Shown here: piece after piece, positions 24,796 through 39,154 of the stretch
How the letters are laid out: every line of letters starts with the position of its first letter
How positions within the stretch are numbered: the first letter of the stretch is position 1
Source: Bugula neritina
Lineage: Eukaryota > Animalia > Bryozoa
DNA: 64,000 bases
Direction of reading: 5' to 3'
Assembly (NCBI GenBank): GCA_964035545.1
Contig: OZ037765.1
Location: forward strand, 10,860,698 to 10,924,697
Notes under the pieces: generated by a model
Database searches by the model: none
What the model was told of the DNA's origin: nothing
What the model saw: only the letters and a program-made list of their open reading frames with translations
Made by a program: the position numbers and the translations under genes

Positions 24796-26099
24796 TGTTA
24801 ATCTAAAACAATATAAAATATATTTATTATTTAATGTATTATAAACTTATATCATACAGTTAAATACCTGCAAAATGATGTCTAAAATAAAAGTCATTAA
24901 ATGACTTGCATATGCATTTAGGTTAATATTGCTAGTTTAGTTGTACCTTGCATTACACATATTATGCAGAATACAGGCTTCGAATTTTAATATAAACTGT
25001 GTAGCTTTTAATAGTGTAAAGTTGAAGTGTAACTAAATCATGCATATTTTAAATTTTAATTCTATTCATTGAGGCAAAATATTGTCATTTTGTTGCTTCA
25101 AGTCTTTACTATCTAATGGTATGTTATTAAAATTATCATATTGCAAATAAAGATATAGTGCAGTGTTATCTATGTTTCTCAAACCAAGAAAAAAATTCAA
25201 CTTCTGTATCTTATAATCATTTTATTTTTACTTACAGCATAAACAATTTAGCAGATAGCATACATTTACATTTTGAAAATTGTAAATCAGTTAGTAAAAT
25301 GTAATCACTGTTTATGTCAAAATTGTAAATTTATGAATCTTAACAATTGTTCTTTTTGATAGACATGGGTAGTACATCCATAAATTAAGTTAATTTTGCT
25401 ACGACAATATAAAGTACGTGTGGTATATTATGTGATGATTATAATAGACATATGAGAGATTATGTGTGTGCATGTATGCATAGTGCATAGATGAGAAATG
25501 AGTCAGAGTCAAGTTGTATTATATTAAGGTGTAATAGTACGTCTAGTAGCCAAAACTGCAAGACCACAAGACAAGAACCCTAACTTGGAAGCCTGGTTTT
25601 TTTCTACAGCTTGAAATAAAAGGTAGGGCTAATATCAATGCCCAGCTCAAAAACACATATTATAACAAAGAGGCACCCATGCTGTACTGAAGGCCATGAC
25701 AAACAATTGCTCAATGAGTTAATAAGTGAGTACAAACTAATACCAAATTCCTATGCAAAAACAGTCATGGAATCTGTTACAAGACTAAATTGATGTCCGT
25801 ATTAAAACTGAAGTATGATTATCTAAACTCTAAAGCAACATACTGTAATGTGTGTATTATTTGTTTAAATTGTTTAGTATTTACTTTATGTTATACTTAT
25901 AATTCATGTGCACTGTACAATCAGCTTGTTCTGTAATGGTTTAATCCAATTATGTACTTTATGTTATGCTAAAGTTTAAGTCAGAGCATTTTTGTTATAA
26001 TTATATGCAACTTGTCTGGATAAGTTAGCCCTGTGAAATAGAGAGAGAATAATAAGTATATAAAAACACATACTATCATAAACATAATTGTTGCTTTAT

Positions 26100-26400
26100 A
26101 ATTGTAACTTCAATGAAATAATCATAAGGCATAGACATATTTTACTTTTACTCTTAGTAATCAATTAAACTTGATAATAATGATTATCATACAATTACAA
26201 TATAAATATGATTATAACATTAACAATAGCTATGAATAAGTGATACTAGTAATACCGATAACAATACTAACAGTGTTACTATTGGTATAGCTATAACTAT
26301 AACATATAGTACAAGTAATGAAGTATAAGTGTATAACAATAACATTAACTAATACTATAACTATGAGCGTGATAAAATGAAATATTATAAATAATATGTA
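26100..26400. repeat. Degenerate (ANT)n triplet tract in the presumed first intron of ROPN1L
   Basis: gat act agt aat acc gat aac aat act aac agt gtt act att ggt ata gct ata act ata (~26242-26300). Confidence 0.55.
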
Positions 26401-26571
26401 TGCACGAAAAAACTTTGAAATAAAATTTTGATGTTAATTTAAAACTATTCTATTTTTACCTTGTAAAATAGTTTATAGATACTTTGTTAGTATTTTAAAA
26501 TACAGACTGAAATATTATTTGTGAATCCAACTAGCTACTAAGCACTCTGTTTTACGCTGGTAGTGGATGGT

Positions 26572-26585
26572 GTAGGCATAGCAAC
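26572..26585. promoter_or_regulatory. RFX X-box-like motif in the divergent ROPN1L/VPS41 promoter region
   Basis: GTAGGCATAGCAAC (reverse complement GTTGCTATGCCTAC), ~110 bp upstream of a minus-strand donor AAG|GTAAAA (~26459) for a ROPN1L non-coding exon. X-boxes typify ciliary genes. Confidence 0.6.
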
Positions 26586-27238
26586 GGTATAAAGTTACGT
26601 GGTTTCGCAGTAAAGCATTTTTATTATTGTCATTTTATGTTTGTAATTTAGAAATTAACATTAATTATTTTTAGGAAAACAAATTATGCAATATTGCATC
26701 TAGTTCAAACTTCTTATTAAGCAATAGTTACCAACTTTAGTCGTTTTAAATAAAGGAGATAACTCTATAGCTTTTACTGCTATGTTCATGACAGATAGGC
26801 GGAGTATAACCTTAGCGCATATCTATCCTCTCAAACGAGTCTAATATAAAGGGGCTGTACAAATTTATAAGTAAACTTTTAGGTGCTAAGGGCAAGTGTG
26901 ATATGCAGTGACTGAAATATTATAACTATAAATCCAGTTTAGCTTTAATCATTAAATTTAATGGTATGAACTGAACTACTTATAATATTTCAGTGGTGGT
27001 ATAGCATTCTAATCTTTAAAAATCATTCTTTATGATCAGCGTGATATATTTCTTTAAACCGTTTTGTTATGACAATTGCTAACTCGTAAAACTAAAGTTA
27101 TATGGCTAAAAGTAAAGGTGAAAGAAAAATTAAAATACTCAAAGTTAAATGGCAAAACTCAAACTGAAAACGGAATCTGAATAATAATAATATTATTAAT
27201 GTTATTAATATTAATATTATGATAGTGAAACTGAAAGT

Positions 27239-27489
27239 AAATGTGATACTTATACTGATTGTCACAATAACAATACTCAATTCAATAGACATAGTGAATG
27301 TGATAGGTATGATAGTGATACTCTGATACTATCACTATCAGAGTATCACTATCACTATGTCTATTAGTAATAGACATAGTGATAGTGATACTCTGATGGT
27401 GATAGTATCAGAGTATCACTATCATACCTATCACTATGTCTATTGAATTGAGTATTGTTATTGTGACAATCAGTATAAGTATCACATTT
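27239..27489. repeat. Near-perfect ~250-bp palindrome within an (ANT)n tract (27100-27900)
   Basis: Arms 27239-27366 and 27368-27489, 1-nt spacer (G 27367). The arms differ by one 6-nt indel and one substitution. Confidence 0.92.
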
Positions 27490-28554
27490 GACCATTACTA
27501 TCAGTGATAGTGATGGTCAAACTCAGAATAAATGAGTATCACCATCAGTATGCCACTGACAGTCACAGTGTTCATTTTAAATTTGTGGCTATGTCTATTA
27601 CTATAACTATTAACTATAAGTATTACTATTAGTATTACACATTACTTTAAGTTAAAGTTTGTTATTTTAAGTTTTAACTAATTATCATGACTATGAGTAT
27701 CATTTTAATTTTAATACAGTGGTAATTAATACATTATGATAATTATTATAATCATTTAATTTTATTTATTTTGTATGTTATATTTTTTTGCCATTAGCCA
27801 TTTTTTTGTCATAATCACTTTATCATAATGATAATATTGATGACTTCAACTGATAATTCAACAAAATTAATAAATATTAAATAATATTAAAAATAACAGT
27901 AACAATAACTGCCATTTATTTATTAAGTTATAAAATTTAAATAGTAAGTTAACAGAAGTGGCATTGTTGTGATCTATTAAGTATGCTTAACTTTTTGCTG
28001 GCTACTGAATACTAACTCTCTGTTGGAGACTAATTTATTCACTGTTGAGATATTTTTTCAATGCTTTTAGTTTTTATTCTCTGCTTTTTTAATACATGTT
28101 GTAGTCCAATAGTTTGAACTTTTAGCTAGGTATGCAGTTTTTATTATTAATTTTTTTAGCCAAAACTACTGACTATGCTCTACAAAGTGGACAGGTTATA
28201 GACCAAATAACTGTCAATAACTCGCCGGTGCTGGATTGTTTATAATAATAATAAATAATAAACAATGTTGTTGGCATCAACTAATCAGTAATTGTTTCTA
28301 TAGCGTTTGATGCTATTAAATTCTAAGTTCACTAGTAAAAAAATTCATTTGTTAGTTTAGATAACTTGTAAAGATATCTTAATCAAAGTTCTGTCAAAAA
28401 TAAATTTTATCTTAATGGTTTCAGGCAGACAAGTAGATATTAACCTAGTTTTAGTGAAGCATTTGTATATTTTTGCAGATAAAGTTACCTTGATATTGGT
28501 GGAAAAGGTCTAGTTCTTTTTTACCATAGCTACAATTCGATATCTTCTTCAACC

Positions 28555-31500
28555 ATGGTAGGTCACACAAAACTTTTATTTTCAAGTAGTATTCATTATC
28601 CAACTAACTATGCCGCTTACAATACTTAGAATATATAAATAAACAATTACTGTTTGTAAATAAATAAATATTAGGATTGAGAGATTTAAGAAATGCATAT
28701 ATAAGTGTGACCGTGTCTCATCTTTTGAGTGGCTTTAGGACCAGTATGACGAAGAGGAAGAGGAAGTAGAACCCCTATTAAAGTATAACCGGCTCGGCAA
28801 TGATTTGAAACGGGTGCTCAAGGAAGATCCTGCCAGTTGCCTTGCTGTTCACTCAAAAGTTAGAATCATTTTTAGCTAACATTCAATTTAAAGTTTTGTA
28901 TAAAATCCACTAGGTCATCCATAATGTCTCCAACCGTGTTATCTAATGGAACTGTATCTATATATGTTGAATACTTTGTCAACTTGGTAAACCTAGCAGG
29001 GATGAGTTATTTGCATATCAACCCATCTCTAATCAGTTTCTTACAATGAAGAAAAATATAATGTTTTACTATAGTTTTTGGTGATTGGAAGTCATAGCGG
29101 CTCAGTACACATATTTGATCATGAAGGAAATCAGATCACAGACAAACAGTTTCAACGCCATGATATAACTGTGAATCAGCTCAGTATTGATGAGAAGGGA
29201 GAGTACATAGCCAGTTGCTCTGATGATGGCAAGGTAAGACAACTTAATGCGAGGAAGTTTTCTCTGTTTTGCTATTCACAATTTTATTTTTCAAGTGTGG
29301 TCACTGTTTATAAAATTACCAATGTTAAATCATAAATATTATTTTGCTCAAATACGAAATAGACAGAAAAAAGTCTGTTTTTGTTACTGCATATTTTTAT
29401 AATGAGTAGCATGTAGTGAATCATTTCACGCTGGCCTGTTAGGCATCTAGTTTTTGAATGTTAACTATGGTGTAGTTTGAATGTTTCTATAACTATTGTG
29501 CATGCTGTATGTAAATGTTTGATTCAGGTTCATTTTGAACTTTATTTGCAACGATATGATTTAACTTGGAGAAAAGAATTCAAAAGCAAATAAACATTAA
29601 ATTGTTTCTCAATATGTTCTTTGCTTCTTTGTCTGCTTAAATAGTTATTGATTTGCAAATGTATATTAACTTTATAATTTAATCAAGGTTATAAAATCAA
29701 AGGAAAAAATGTAGCAATATTTCAAACCCTTTTCTCATAGCAACTTTTCTTCACTTCACTAGTAATAGCTTCTCCACAGTACATCTATTTGCTTTCATTT
29801 TGTCATAGATTTTGGATCTTTTATTAAAAAAAATTTTGAGAACATTTTGGAAACATACATTTATGGGATGCATGATAACGGGTTATATGAACCACTCCCA
29901 TATCCCCTAGCTGCATGTCTTCTATACCTTCTATAGTACGAACTGTGTTTAAATTTTTGATACGCAAATCTCTATATCTAAAAAAAGTTGATCTAATGTT
30001 TCATGCTTCACCGAATGCTCACAAGATCACAGAGATCGTAGATAATTGTAACAAAAACATAATTGTTGTTAACAAATTTCTAACTTGTTTTAGGCTGTTG
30101 TCAATGGGCTGTTCAGTGATGAGCACGAGCAAGTTATAGAATTTGAGAGACCAGTGAAAGCAGTAGCCATTGATCCACAGTACAGTAAACGTTCTAAACA
30201 GTTGGTTACCGGTGATGATAAGGTACTTGTATACGGCGTGAATCCCATTTACTACATGGTGTATTGTATACAAGGAATGGTTATTTCTAGTTAATAATGG
30301 TGTTTTGTTTTATTTTAGTTGCTAATATCCGAAAAATCTGCTGGTTTCTTTGGTAAGCATGTAAAAAGAAATACCATACATCAAGGAGAGGGAGTTATCC
30401 GCTCTATAAAATGGAATCGCTCATTTATTGCATGGGCCAACAGTCAGGCAAGTTTACCTATTTTTTCATTTTTGAGCATTTGATTTGAACGCCTCAATCA
30501 TACATTCAAAGCTATATGAAAATTGTTGTAATGATATGTTATAGTGTAGTTTGCTGTATATAATGCAACATCATGTAAAATATTTTATTTTGTAAATTTG
30601 CATGCAGCTACTTCGTTGTAGGTCATGATTAACCTTGACTCTAGCACTGAAAAAAATTGTTAAAATATTATAATTTAAAACTTTGAGCAACAACTTTGCA
30701 TTTATACTGATGGATAATAGAAGTAACTTATATTATCTAAAGCTTTCTTAATGGATGGTTGGATTTTATAGGGTGTGAAAATATACGATGTCCGGTCACA
30801 GCAAAGAATCACTTCTATAGGTTTCAACTTTCAAGAGGCTGCAAAGTTAGTTGCTACACTACTGATTTATTATATACATAACTATTCAATGAGGACAAGT
30901 TTGTATTTTAGTTGGTCACCTCTATTTAACTGGGTTGACTTTGTTACCATCTAACCTAAAAATTGCACTTTTATTTCCACAAATGCTACAAAGATATTTC
31001 AACGTCAAAAACTATTATTTGATATATCAAAACTTTGTATACACGTGACTGTGTCTGTTAAATTTAGACAGCGACCAGACCTGTATAGATGTAGTATGTG
31101 TTGGCGAGACGAATCCTCGCTCCTCATTGGCTATGGTGATCAGGTACGAGTTGTTCAAATAAATACCAGAGCAGCTCACGACGTGAGAGACTTACCTCGG
31201 ACATATGCTCAAATCAGTAAGTTATACATGAGTCATCACCTTGCATGCATGAGTCATCACCTTGCAACTAGTAGTTATAGTTTCTATAGTTATGCTCGAG
31301 AACATATTTAGCTTTTCATTGATGTGTTTATTGTCCTATATAACCTCATAAATATTGAGCAAAATACAAATTACCAACAAAAATAAATTAATTGTGGGTG
31401 GTCACATAATTTTGAGCATGACTGGAGATTCTTTTTAGTTTTCATATGGCTATATTTGGGCTTTTAAACTTTAACCTCTGAAGCCGTACTTCTTGATTGA

Positions 31501-34500
31501 AAATGTTTCCTATCATTGGTTAATTTGATGTAACTGTAAATTTATTATATGAATATCACAGCAATATTATGGGCTGCTTTTCAGTACCCAAATTTGTAAT
31601 TGTGGCAAAACAAGACATTGTTACAAGATATTTCTACACTAAACAACTTTTTGAGCTGTCTTTTAATAATGGTTTTGTTGTATTTTTAGCTGCTATGTTT
31701 AAAACGGATTATTTTATCGCTGGCATTGCTCCATCCGGTAGTAATATTGTCTTGTTGACTTACAATGAATCAGAAGTCAAAAAAGAGGTGAACTCATTGA
31801 TATACATTTAATATTGTTATGATTAAGTTTATTTTCTCTATATTTGAATGTGGTTATATTGTTGCCAGTCCTGTGTGTTGTGTGCTTGTGCAGGTGGGTG
31901 TATTTGTGAGTGTGTGTGGGGGGAGGGTGTAGCAATTGTAATGCACTACTGTAATAATGTTGCTGTGAAGAATTTATTCATTTAGCTTCAAGTCTAAATT
32001 GATTTGATTTAGCAGTTGTTGAGATTACATGCATGCAATGAACATTGAAGAAAAACATTATTTTGTCTGATAGGGTAAAAGAACAATAAATCCACGACCT
32101 CACGTGCGACTAGTTGTACCTGGCATGGATTACTCTGTAGAGAAATCCAATGATGCTCTCAGTATTCGTCACTATGAGATGTACAGGTGTGACTTGTACG
32201 GATTGGGTAAGTTTTCCTGGCTCATATTTGCTGGTCTAATAATTTTAATTTCACGTTTAATGCTTGGCATTGACAACCTGTATCACATCATCTGAGTTTC
32301 TCGAACTGAATTAAGCATGTTTTGAAAAGCATTTAAAAGGTTTAATCACACTCAGTCGATCAAAAAAAGTTCAACAATTTATTCTCTTTACAATATTGGC
32401 ACCTGTAATCTGAATCTGCCACATTGTGACTATATTTTAATTTTTTGTTTTAATGATTTGAACTTTTGATCTTGCTAGCAAATATTTTCATACACTCATG
32501 GAAATATTATGATAAAATAAGGGTCGTTTACACAGGTATTGCTCACTAAGATTTGTCAAATATCGATTCCTTAAGTATAAACGTAGAGAGATGTACAATA
32601 CTTATAGTTTCAAGTGGGAAACTAAACTAACTCAAAACTTCTGACCAGAAGTTTTTGTTATTGCCGCTACAATTTTTTTTCTTGCTATCTATGATTTTGA
32701 TCAAATTATTAATTATTCTTAATTTGTCGACCCTTTTAAGCTTTTTATAAATTTATAGGAATTTTTGTTAATTTGTTTGCCCGTATCAACAGCTAAAATA
32801 GCACATTGCATTTTACCGAGTATGAATTAAAATAATGTCACATTGCGCATTAACCTGGATTCTTTACCAGTTTTATTGTTTTTAGAATGGGTACCAAATG
32901 AGGACACATATTTCATCATCAGTCCCATTGATATCATTAAAGCTAATCCCCGGACTGAGGAAGACCATGTTAATTGGCTTGTCAAGCACAACAAGTTTCT
33001 GGTAATGTCACATATTGTGTAGCATATTTTCAACTTTCACTATTGTAATTTAAGTTGTTTCATGTCATTTTAAATGGTAAAACACCTGTGACCTAAGCAA
33101 TTACTCATATATACAGATACTAACATTTGTAATTGTCATCTCTTGCATGGCTTGGAAATAATGTTTTACTTGAAAGCAAGAGTTTCACTTCCTATTGGTT
33201 GATTCTGTAGGAAGCCATGTCAGTTGTGCAGAAGAGTGAAACTGGTTCTAAGACGCACACATACGAGAAGATAGGTCACATGTACCTGGACTTTCTCTGT
33301 GAGCAAGATAACTTTGTTGAGGCTGCTAAAAGATGCACATCCATACTTGCTCACAACCAGGAGTCTTGGGAACACTACTTTTATAAGTTTCGGGATAGCG
33401 GCAAGATTCAAGTACATAAAACAATATATTATTTATTTATAGCTTCCTACATGCATCCTTCTTACGACTCTCACAATACTTGCATGATACAATGTGACCG
33501 ACAGCTGACAATTATTAAATATATAAAGGCTATTTTGAAGGCTGATTGGCAAAAACAAAACCTTATTTTAAATTCATCAAAGCAAGACAATTCAAAGAGT
33601 AAGCTAACCTGTTTTGACTGGTTTTTCACATAAAACCATTGAAGAGTTGCCTTATTGTTAATTTTTCACAGACTCATTGTTGTTAGCTCTGCCTACAGAA
33701 AGTAGACAGTTTTTTGCCATGCAGATTTGAAGGTTTTTACTTTCAGTTTTTGTATGTGAGTATTGTGCCTATTTAAGCCAAATTAATTACGTTCCAACGG
33801 CCTTCTTGCCATCACCTATGGCGCTAGGGGATAACTTTCAGTAAAGCCATAGACAATATCGGGTAGAACAACTGGAACTTCATGAAATAATTGGTTTTGA
33901 TTACTACTGAGTTATTCTGGAACCGCTCAAGTCATGGTACCAGTATTATTTAAGGCAAAAAAGGTCTATCTCCTATTGAAATCTCCCATTACCGGTAGTT
34001 CTTTTAGAGTCTGTGGCTACAAACAAAATGTGATTTGAGTCAAATTTATTATGCAATTTGGTTAAAAATAGTGCTTCTCTAAGCATTATAAAATGCTTGC
34101 TAAAAAATTTAAAGGTGAAATAAATGTGATATATTTTAATACAATGATTTTTATATATGTTGCTTTATTTTGTTATTTTCCAAGTTTTAAATTTAAGAAA
34201 AAACCTAAATGGGGCAGTAATAAAGTTATTCATATAATTACAAGATTTTTTTTCATTTATGCTTGAATTGCCGAGGCCTTGCATAGCAGCTACTTGAAGA
34301 GCTAGCTGTTTTGGAAAGGACCATTTTTTAAAGCCATCATGGGGTATCCATTATTGTGATATATGCTGTATATCATTAATTGTAGTTACAAAAGCTTCAC
34401 AAAGTCTATGCAAACTTATTTGTTGATAAAAATTTTTGAAATTTCAAGCAAACTTGAGCATTCTGTGTTCTCAAAGGCCACCTTTCTGTAATTTATAAAG

Positions 34501-37500
34501 CATCAATTTATTGACTAACTGTTAAATGTAAACATATTCCACATTACAATTTTAGGAAATAGCTTTGTATCTGCCGAGAGAAGATCCTACACTTCAGCCT
34601 GCCGTCTATGAGCTTGTCCTCTACCATTTCATTCACACAGATATACAGGTAGTCATCACTTTCCTGGGATTTATTTGGCAATATTGAATAAACAATTGCA
34701 TTTATATTTACAAATAATTATATAAATATAAATTTGTATAACAAGCACAGATGAATAAAAATTATGTATTTATATTTTTTTATATTTTTAATTATATTTA
34801 TATGCCTTTTTCAGTTACGCCTCTATCATCAGGAATAGAATTTCTTTAATATTTTTCTTTACTTCACCTAACTAGTTTTGTTGTAGAGCTTTTCACATTT
34901 AATAAAGACATGGCAGAAGTCGATATACCACGGCCCGACCATAATAAACACTGTGCTGGAACACATGAAAACATCTGACTCAAGTCTGACGGAGGAGGAC
35001 AGACATTTACTGTACGAATCCTTGGCTATTCTATATACAAACCAATCAGAATATGCTGAAGCACTTACTGTATACCTCAAGTAAGTTTCTTCCTAAATTA
35101 GCTGTTTTTAATGGCTCTTATGTAACACTGCATATGGAATTCTGTGTTTATGATACAATTTAACAGAAGTAAATCCTGTTTTTATTTCAGGTTAAAACAT
35201 GATGACGTGTTTGAATTCATTCATAAACACAATCTCTTCTCGTCTATCAACTCACAAATTGTCCTGCTGATGAATTTCAACTGTGGCTTGGCACTAGATC
35301 TTCTGCTCAACAATATAGAATGCATTCCTGTAAGTTTCCTATCACTGTACTTGTAACCACAATGCAGTGTTAGTTTGCCCTGTTGTCTCTTTAAACTTAT
35401 AGACCAATTGAGTACTGTCTGTATTTCAACTCTTGTAGCCACAGCTGGTTGTACCTCAGTTGGAAAAGCACAGTTTGTACCAGTTCAACGTAAGTATTGA
35501 TATTATTGTTGAATTTATTATAAGATAGTGATGCTCCTTATGTACTGAAACTGAAAAACAGCTGCAGCTACTATACATGTAAAGAAGGGTAACACTAGTG
35601 TTGTGGACTAACTACTGCAATTGCAGTGCTTATGGAATGAAAATGTATATTAGTTCAATTTTAGCCTATTAAAAATTCCTGTCTTTTGGCTGCATCAATT
35701 CTGGATAATGTTTAGATCTCAACATCAGGCTAAATATATACTTAAAAATGGCCTTTACTTGTTAATTGCTATTTTGACCACCAACATTCTGTAAACTCCC
35801 AAAAGCCTCTCAGATCTGTAATCACATTATATAATATTGTATTATGCTGTAGTATCTGGATAGACTGATCAAGAGGTATCCATACGAATGTACCAGTTAC
35901 CATAATAAAATGGTGTACTTGTATGCTGAACACAGTCCCAAAAGCCTGCTCAGCTTTTTGAAACGAGCCGATGGGTATGACCAGGCTGCTGCTGTTAAAT
36001 TCTGTGATGAAAGAGAGCTTCTTAAGGAGAAAGTTTATTTGCAGGGTAAGCAAGCATCTATAACTGTAGAAAACTGTTTTTCTTTGGTAAAAATTGCTGA
36101 GCTCTCTAATGCCAGCCAGCAGTTCTAGACAGCTATGCAGAATAACTTCGTGTTTAAAATGTCATATTCAGCTATGCTATTGTTTGTTGTATGACTCTAT
36201 GGGAGTGTAAGCTTAGCGTGTAGACTCTAGTTGCTATATTTGTTTGTTACATTACCTGTTTGGACATAAGGCATAATTTTAAAATCAATTTACAAATATT
36301 AATTGAAATATGTTATATATTTTTATATTAGAAATGTTTATATTCATAGTTTGTATCAATATGGTCCATCAACCAAGTTTATTGGGCCAACTACCATATC
36401 TTATCCTAATTCTCTCCTAGTTGTGGAATGTTAAGCAGTCCTAATAAAATAGTAATATGCATAAGTTACGTGATTTATCTTCATGTTTTCTATAATTTCC
36501 AGTTGAGATTAACACTTGCAAATAATTTGTCTGCTGAATGTTGAGACTTCAAACTATGTAAACTTTATTTATAACTTAATTTGAAATTAAATCCTAATTG
36601 TTCAACTAAAATAGCGTTTACTTTACAATTTGGAATGATCGAAATACTGGAAATAGATAAAGAATATGATGTTGACATTGTGAATGTGTACCAAGGTAAT
36701 ATTTGGGTTATTGTAGGCAAGATGGGAAACCACCGACAAGCTTTACAGTCTATTGTACATGATCTCCAGGATGTTGAGTATGCTATTGATTTCTGTAAAG
36801 AGCATAACTACAAGTCACTGTGGGATGAGCTCATTACATATTCTTTGACAAATCCAAGTGAGTTTTATTCATTTGTACAGTCGAGATGTTTTAAAACATT
36901 GTTAATTTTTTTATAATTTCAAGATATTTGTGATCTCCAGCTTTAAAATGCCACAAATTTTGTAGCACATTGGCTTTAATGTTTGATTGTAGTTACAGAA
37001 TGTATTAAACTTACAGTCTATGCTTAAAATTTTCTTATAAAAATTTAAATTAATCGACTTAAAAAACAAATAAGGAAATTGGTGCTTCAATGGCCCGCTA
37101 TAATTCACCATTGTATACAAACTGTGTTGGTGCATAGAGATAAATAATCAAGTTTCTTTGTTCATACTACATTCTAGGGAACATATATATATATGTGTGT
37201 GTGTGCGTGTGCGTGTGTGTGTCTCATGTAAGTCATATTGCAAGTGAGATTATTTGTTTAATAGTAGCTTATAGGGTACATGAAGATTTATTCACTGTGG
37301 ATAATTTAAATCAATTTATTACCATCAGTTTTATGCATTTGAAATGGTTGCAAAATTGTCTGTTCCTAATAAATGAATTGCAACTGCTTGTAGAATTCAT
37401 CACTGCATTACTGGAGAACATCGGCACACATGTTGATCCACTCATTCTGATTCAAAGAATACCTGAAAAGACAGAAATCCCGAACCTAAGAAATTCGCTA

Positions 37501-39154
37501 GTTAAAATATTGCAAGACTTTAATCTGCAGGTAATTGTCTGATAATGATGTACGAAATTATTCTTTGTCCCAAGTTAAGTTATAAAGTTGTTAACGCCAC
37601 AGTACATGCATTTCATCTGTAATTCTCATACTTACCTCTGTGACATCTAGATTTCTCTTAGAGAAGATTGTCAGAAGATTCTAGAAACCGACACCCTCAA
37701 CTTGTTAGCCCAGCATGTTAAGTTGCAGAAAAAAGGATTATGTGTAGAAGGTAACGCAATTTTCTATTTGCTCACTATACTTTTTATAGTCATAATATAT
37801 TTTAATAAGCAATTACGTATAATCATATTCAAGTTTGGTCAGTGGTAAAATATAATGTACAAGATTATTAAAATTTTATATAAAGAAGGCAAGGGTGCTT
37901 GTCATATTTATCTGGCTTGAAGTTATATTAAGTTTGTATTATTTCAATAAAATACCTGCATTGATTTACCAGGCTTGTTTATAAGTTTCTATACGCTTTT
38001 TACCTTTCAATATAAGCTAAAAAGAGTTTGTCTTATACTCTGATTTCATCTTGTTTTGTAATTATTTCGCTGTTTTCAGATGCCGCTAGATGCAGTATTT
38101 GTAATGAGAGAATAATTCCAATAGGTAAGCTCAAAAACTTTATTTTAAATCAAATTAAATACTCTAATTTTTTATTCACTCAAATTCACAGTTGAACTTT
38201 TATACTTAGAAATGTCATACGTGGTTGATTCTGCTACATGGCTTTAAATTTGCATGTCAACTAGAAATCGTCTCACCGGTGACTTGGATAATTACTGTGT
38301 ATCACTTTTGTAGACCAACTATCATTGATTGTACGAAGCATATTAACATATGCAGTTTGTTATTTTTTTAGATTTAAGATTTGGAACTGACTTGACAATA
38401 TTTTACTGTCACCACATGTTTCATATTGATTGTCTTCCTTCGTATAGCTCAGTAAGTGTAACTTTTGTCTTGTTTAATACATGTTCTCAAAAACCTGCAA
38501 TACTCTGAAAATATTTAAAAGTTTCGTGTCATAAAATAATTATGATTTTTCACTTTTTAGTGTAAAATAATGGTTAAAAGCAATAAGCCTAATGGTTGCA
38601 TGGTATTAGAAGCATGTGCTGAATTAAGTTATGTGACCCATTTAAATTTGTCTATGAATAGAGCACACACCTGCATTTGTATATCTTTTTATATTTCTAA
38701 GTTCTTTGTTTAATGAATGCGGTTAAATGCATGTAATGTGTTTTATGTATATAGCATTATATAAACAACTCATGCAAGTTTATAGTCGCCATCCCTGTGA
38801 GAAACCCATGATGGGAAGGTTTTTTTGTTGAATGCTCTTCCTAACTTCACCAATGGCCTTTGTCAGGGTTCGAACCCATGACTTGTGTTTGACAGGCAAA
38901 CACTCTAACCCCTAGACCACGGCTGTTCCCTGTATTATATAGAACTGTATTAAATACAAGTGATGTCCATGTAGTCAAGTTTGCTTTCAGAGTACATGTA
39001 CCATATGCATAGCTCATAGTATTATATTTATATAGTATTATATAAAATATTAAATACAATTGATGTCTATATAGTCATAATTTGCCTGTAGAGTACGTGT
39101 GCCATATGCAATGCTCAGAAGAGAAACCCTGGATACTCCTCTTCATTGATGTGA
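28555..39154 (+). CDS. VPS41: Vacuolar protein sorting 41 (HOPS subunit), 22 coding exons
   Basis: Exons 28555-57 (ATG only), 28739-28858, 29075-29233, 30094-30222, 30319-30447, 30772-30845, 31068-31216, 31690-31787, 32074-32206, 32886-33001, 33211-33411, 34556-34648, 34887-35080, 35191-35329, 35439-35489, 35853-36045, 36717-36857, 37394-37530, 37651-37750, 38080-38124, 38372-38451, 39092-39154. EEEVEPLLKYNRL, WD40 (IASCSDDGK, RPVKAVAIDP), CHCR (IGTHVDPLILIQRI..IPNLRNSLVKILQDFNLQ), RING-H2 (CSIC..CHHMFHIDC..CAIC). Confidence 0.95.
31227..31267. repeat. 21-bp tandem duplication (catgagtcatcaccttgca) in VPS41 intron
   Basis: Two adjacent copies directly visible. Confidence 0.85.
37183..37221. 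repeat. (TA)n(TG)n microsatellite
   Basis: atatatatatatgtgtgtgtgtgcgtgtgcgtgtgtgtg. Confidence 0.9.
38775..38930 (-). mobile_element. tRNA-derived SINE, copy 2 (internally deleted), in last VPS41 intron
   Basis: Reverse complement gggaacagccgtggtctaggggttagagtgtttgcctgtcaaacacaagtcatgggttcgaaccc...gttaggaagagcat...aaccttcccatcatgggtttctcacagggatggcgactataaacttg aligns with copy 1. Confidence 0.85.

Noticed and set aside
27300-27560. CRISPR-like or regularly spaced repeat array
   Set aside because: Eukaryotic context, inverted low-complexity repeats without unique spacers, no cas genes.
31229-31256. Paired AP-1 sites (TGAGTCA) as an enhancer
   Set aside because: The pair arises from a simple 21-bp tandem duplication; no independent evidence.
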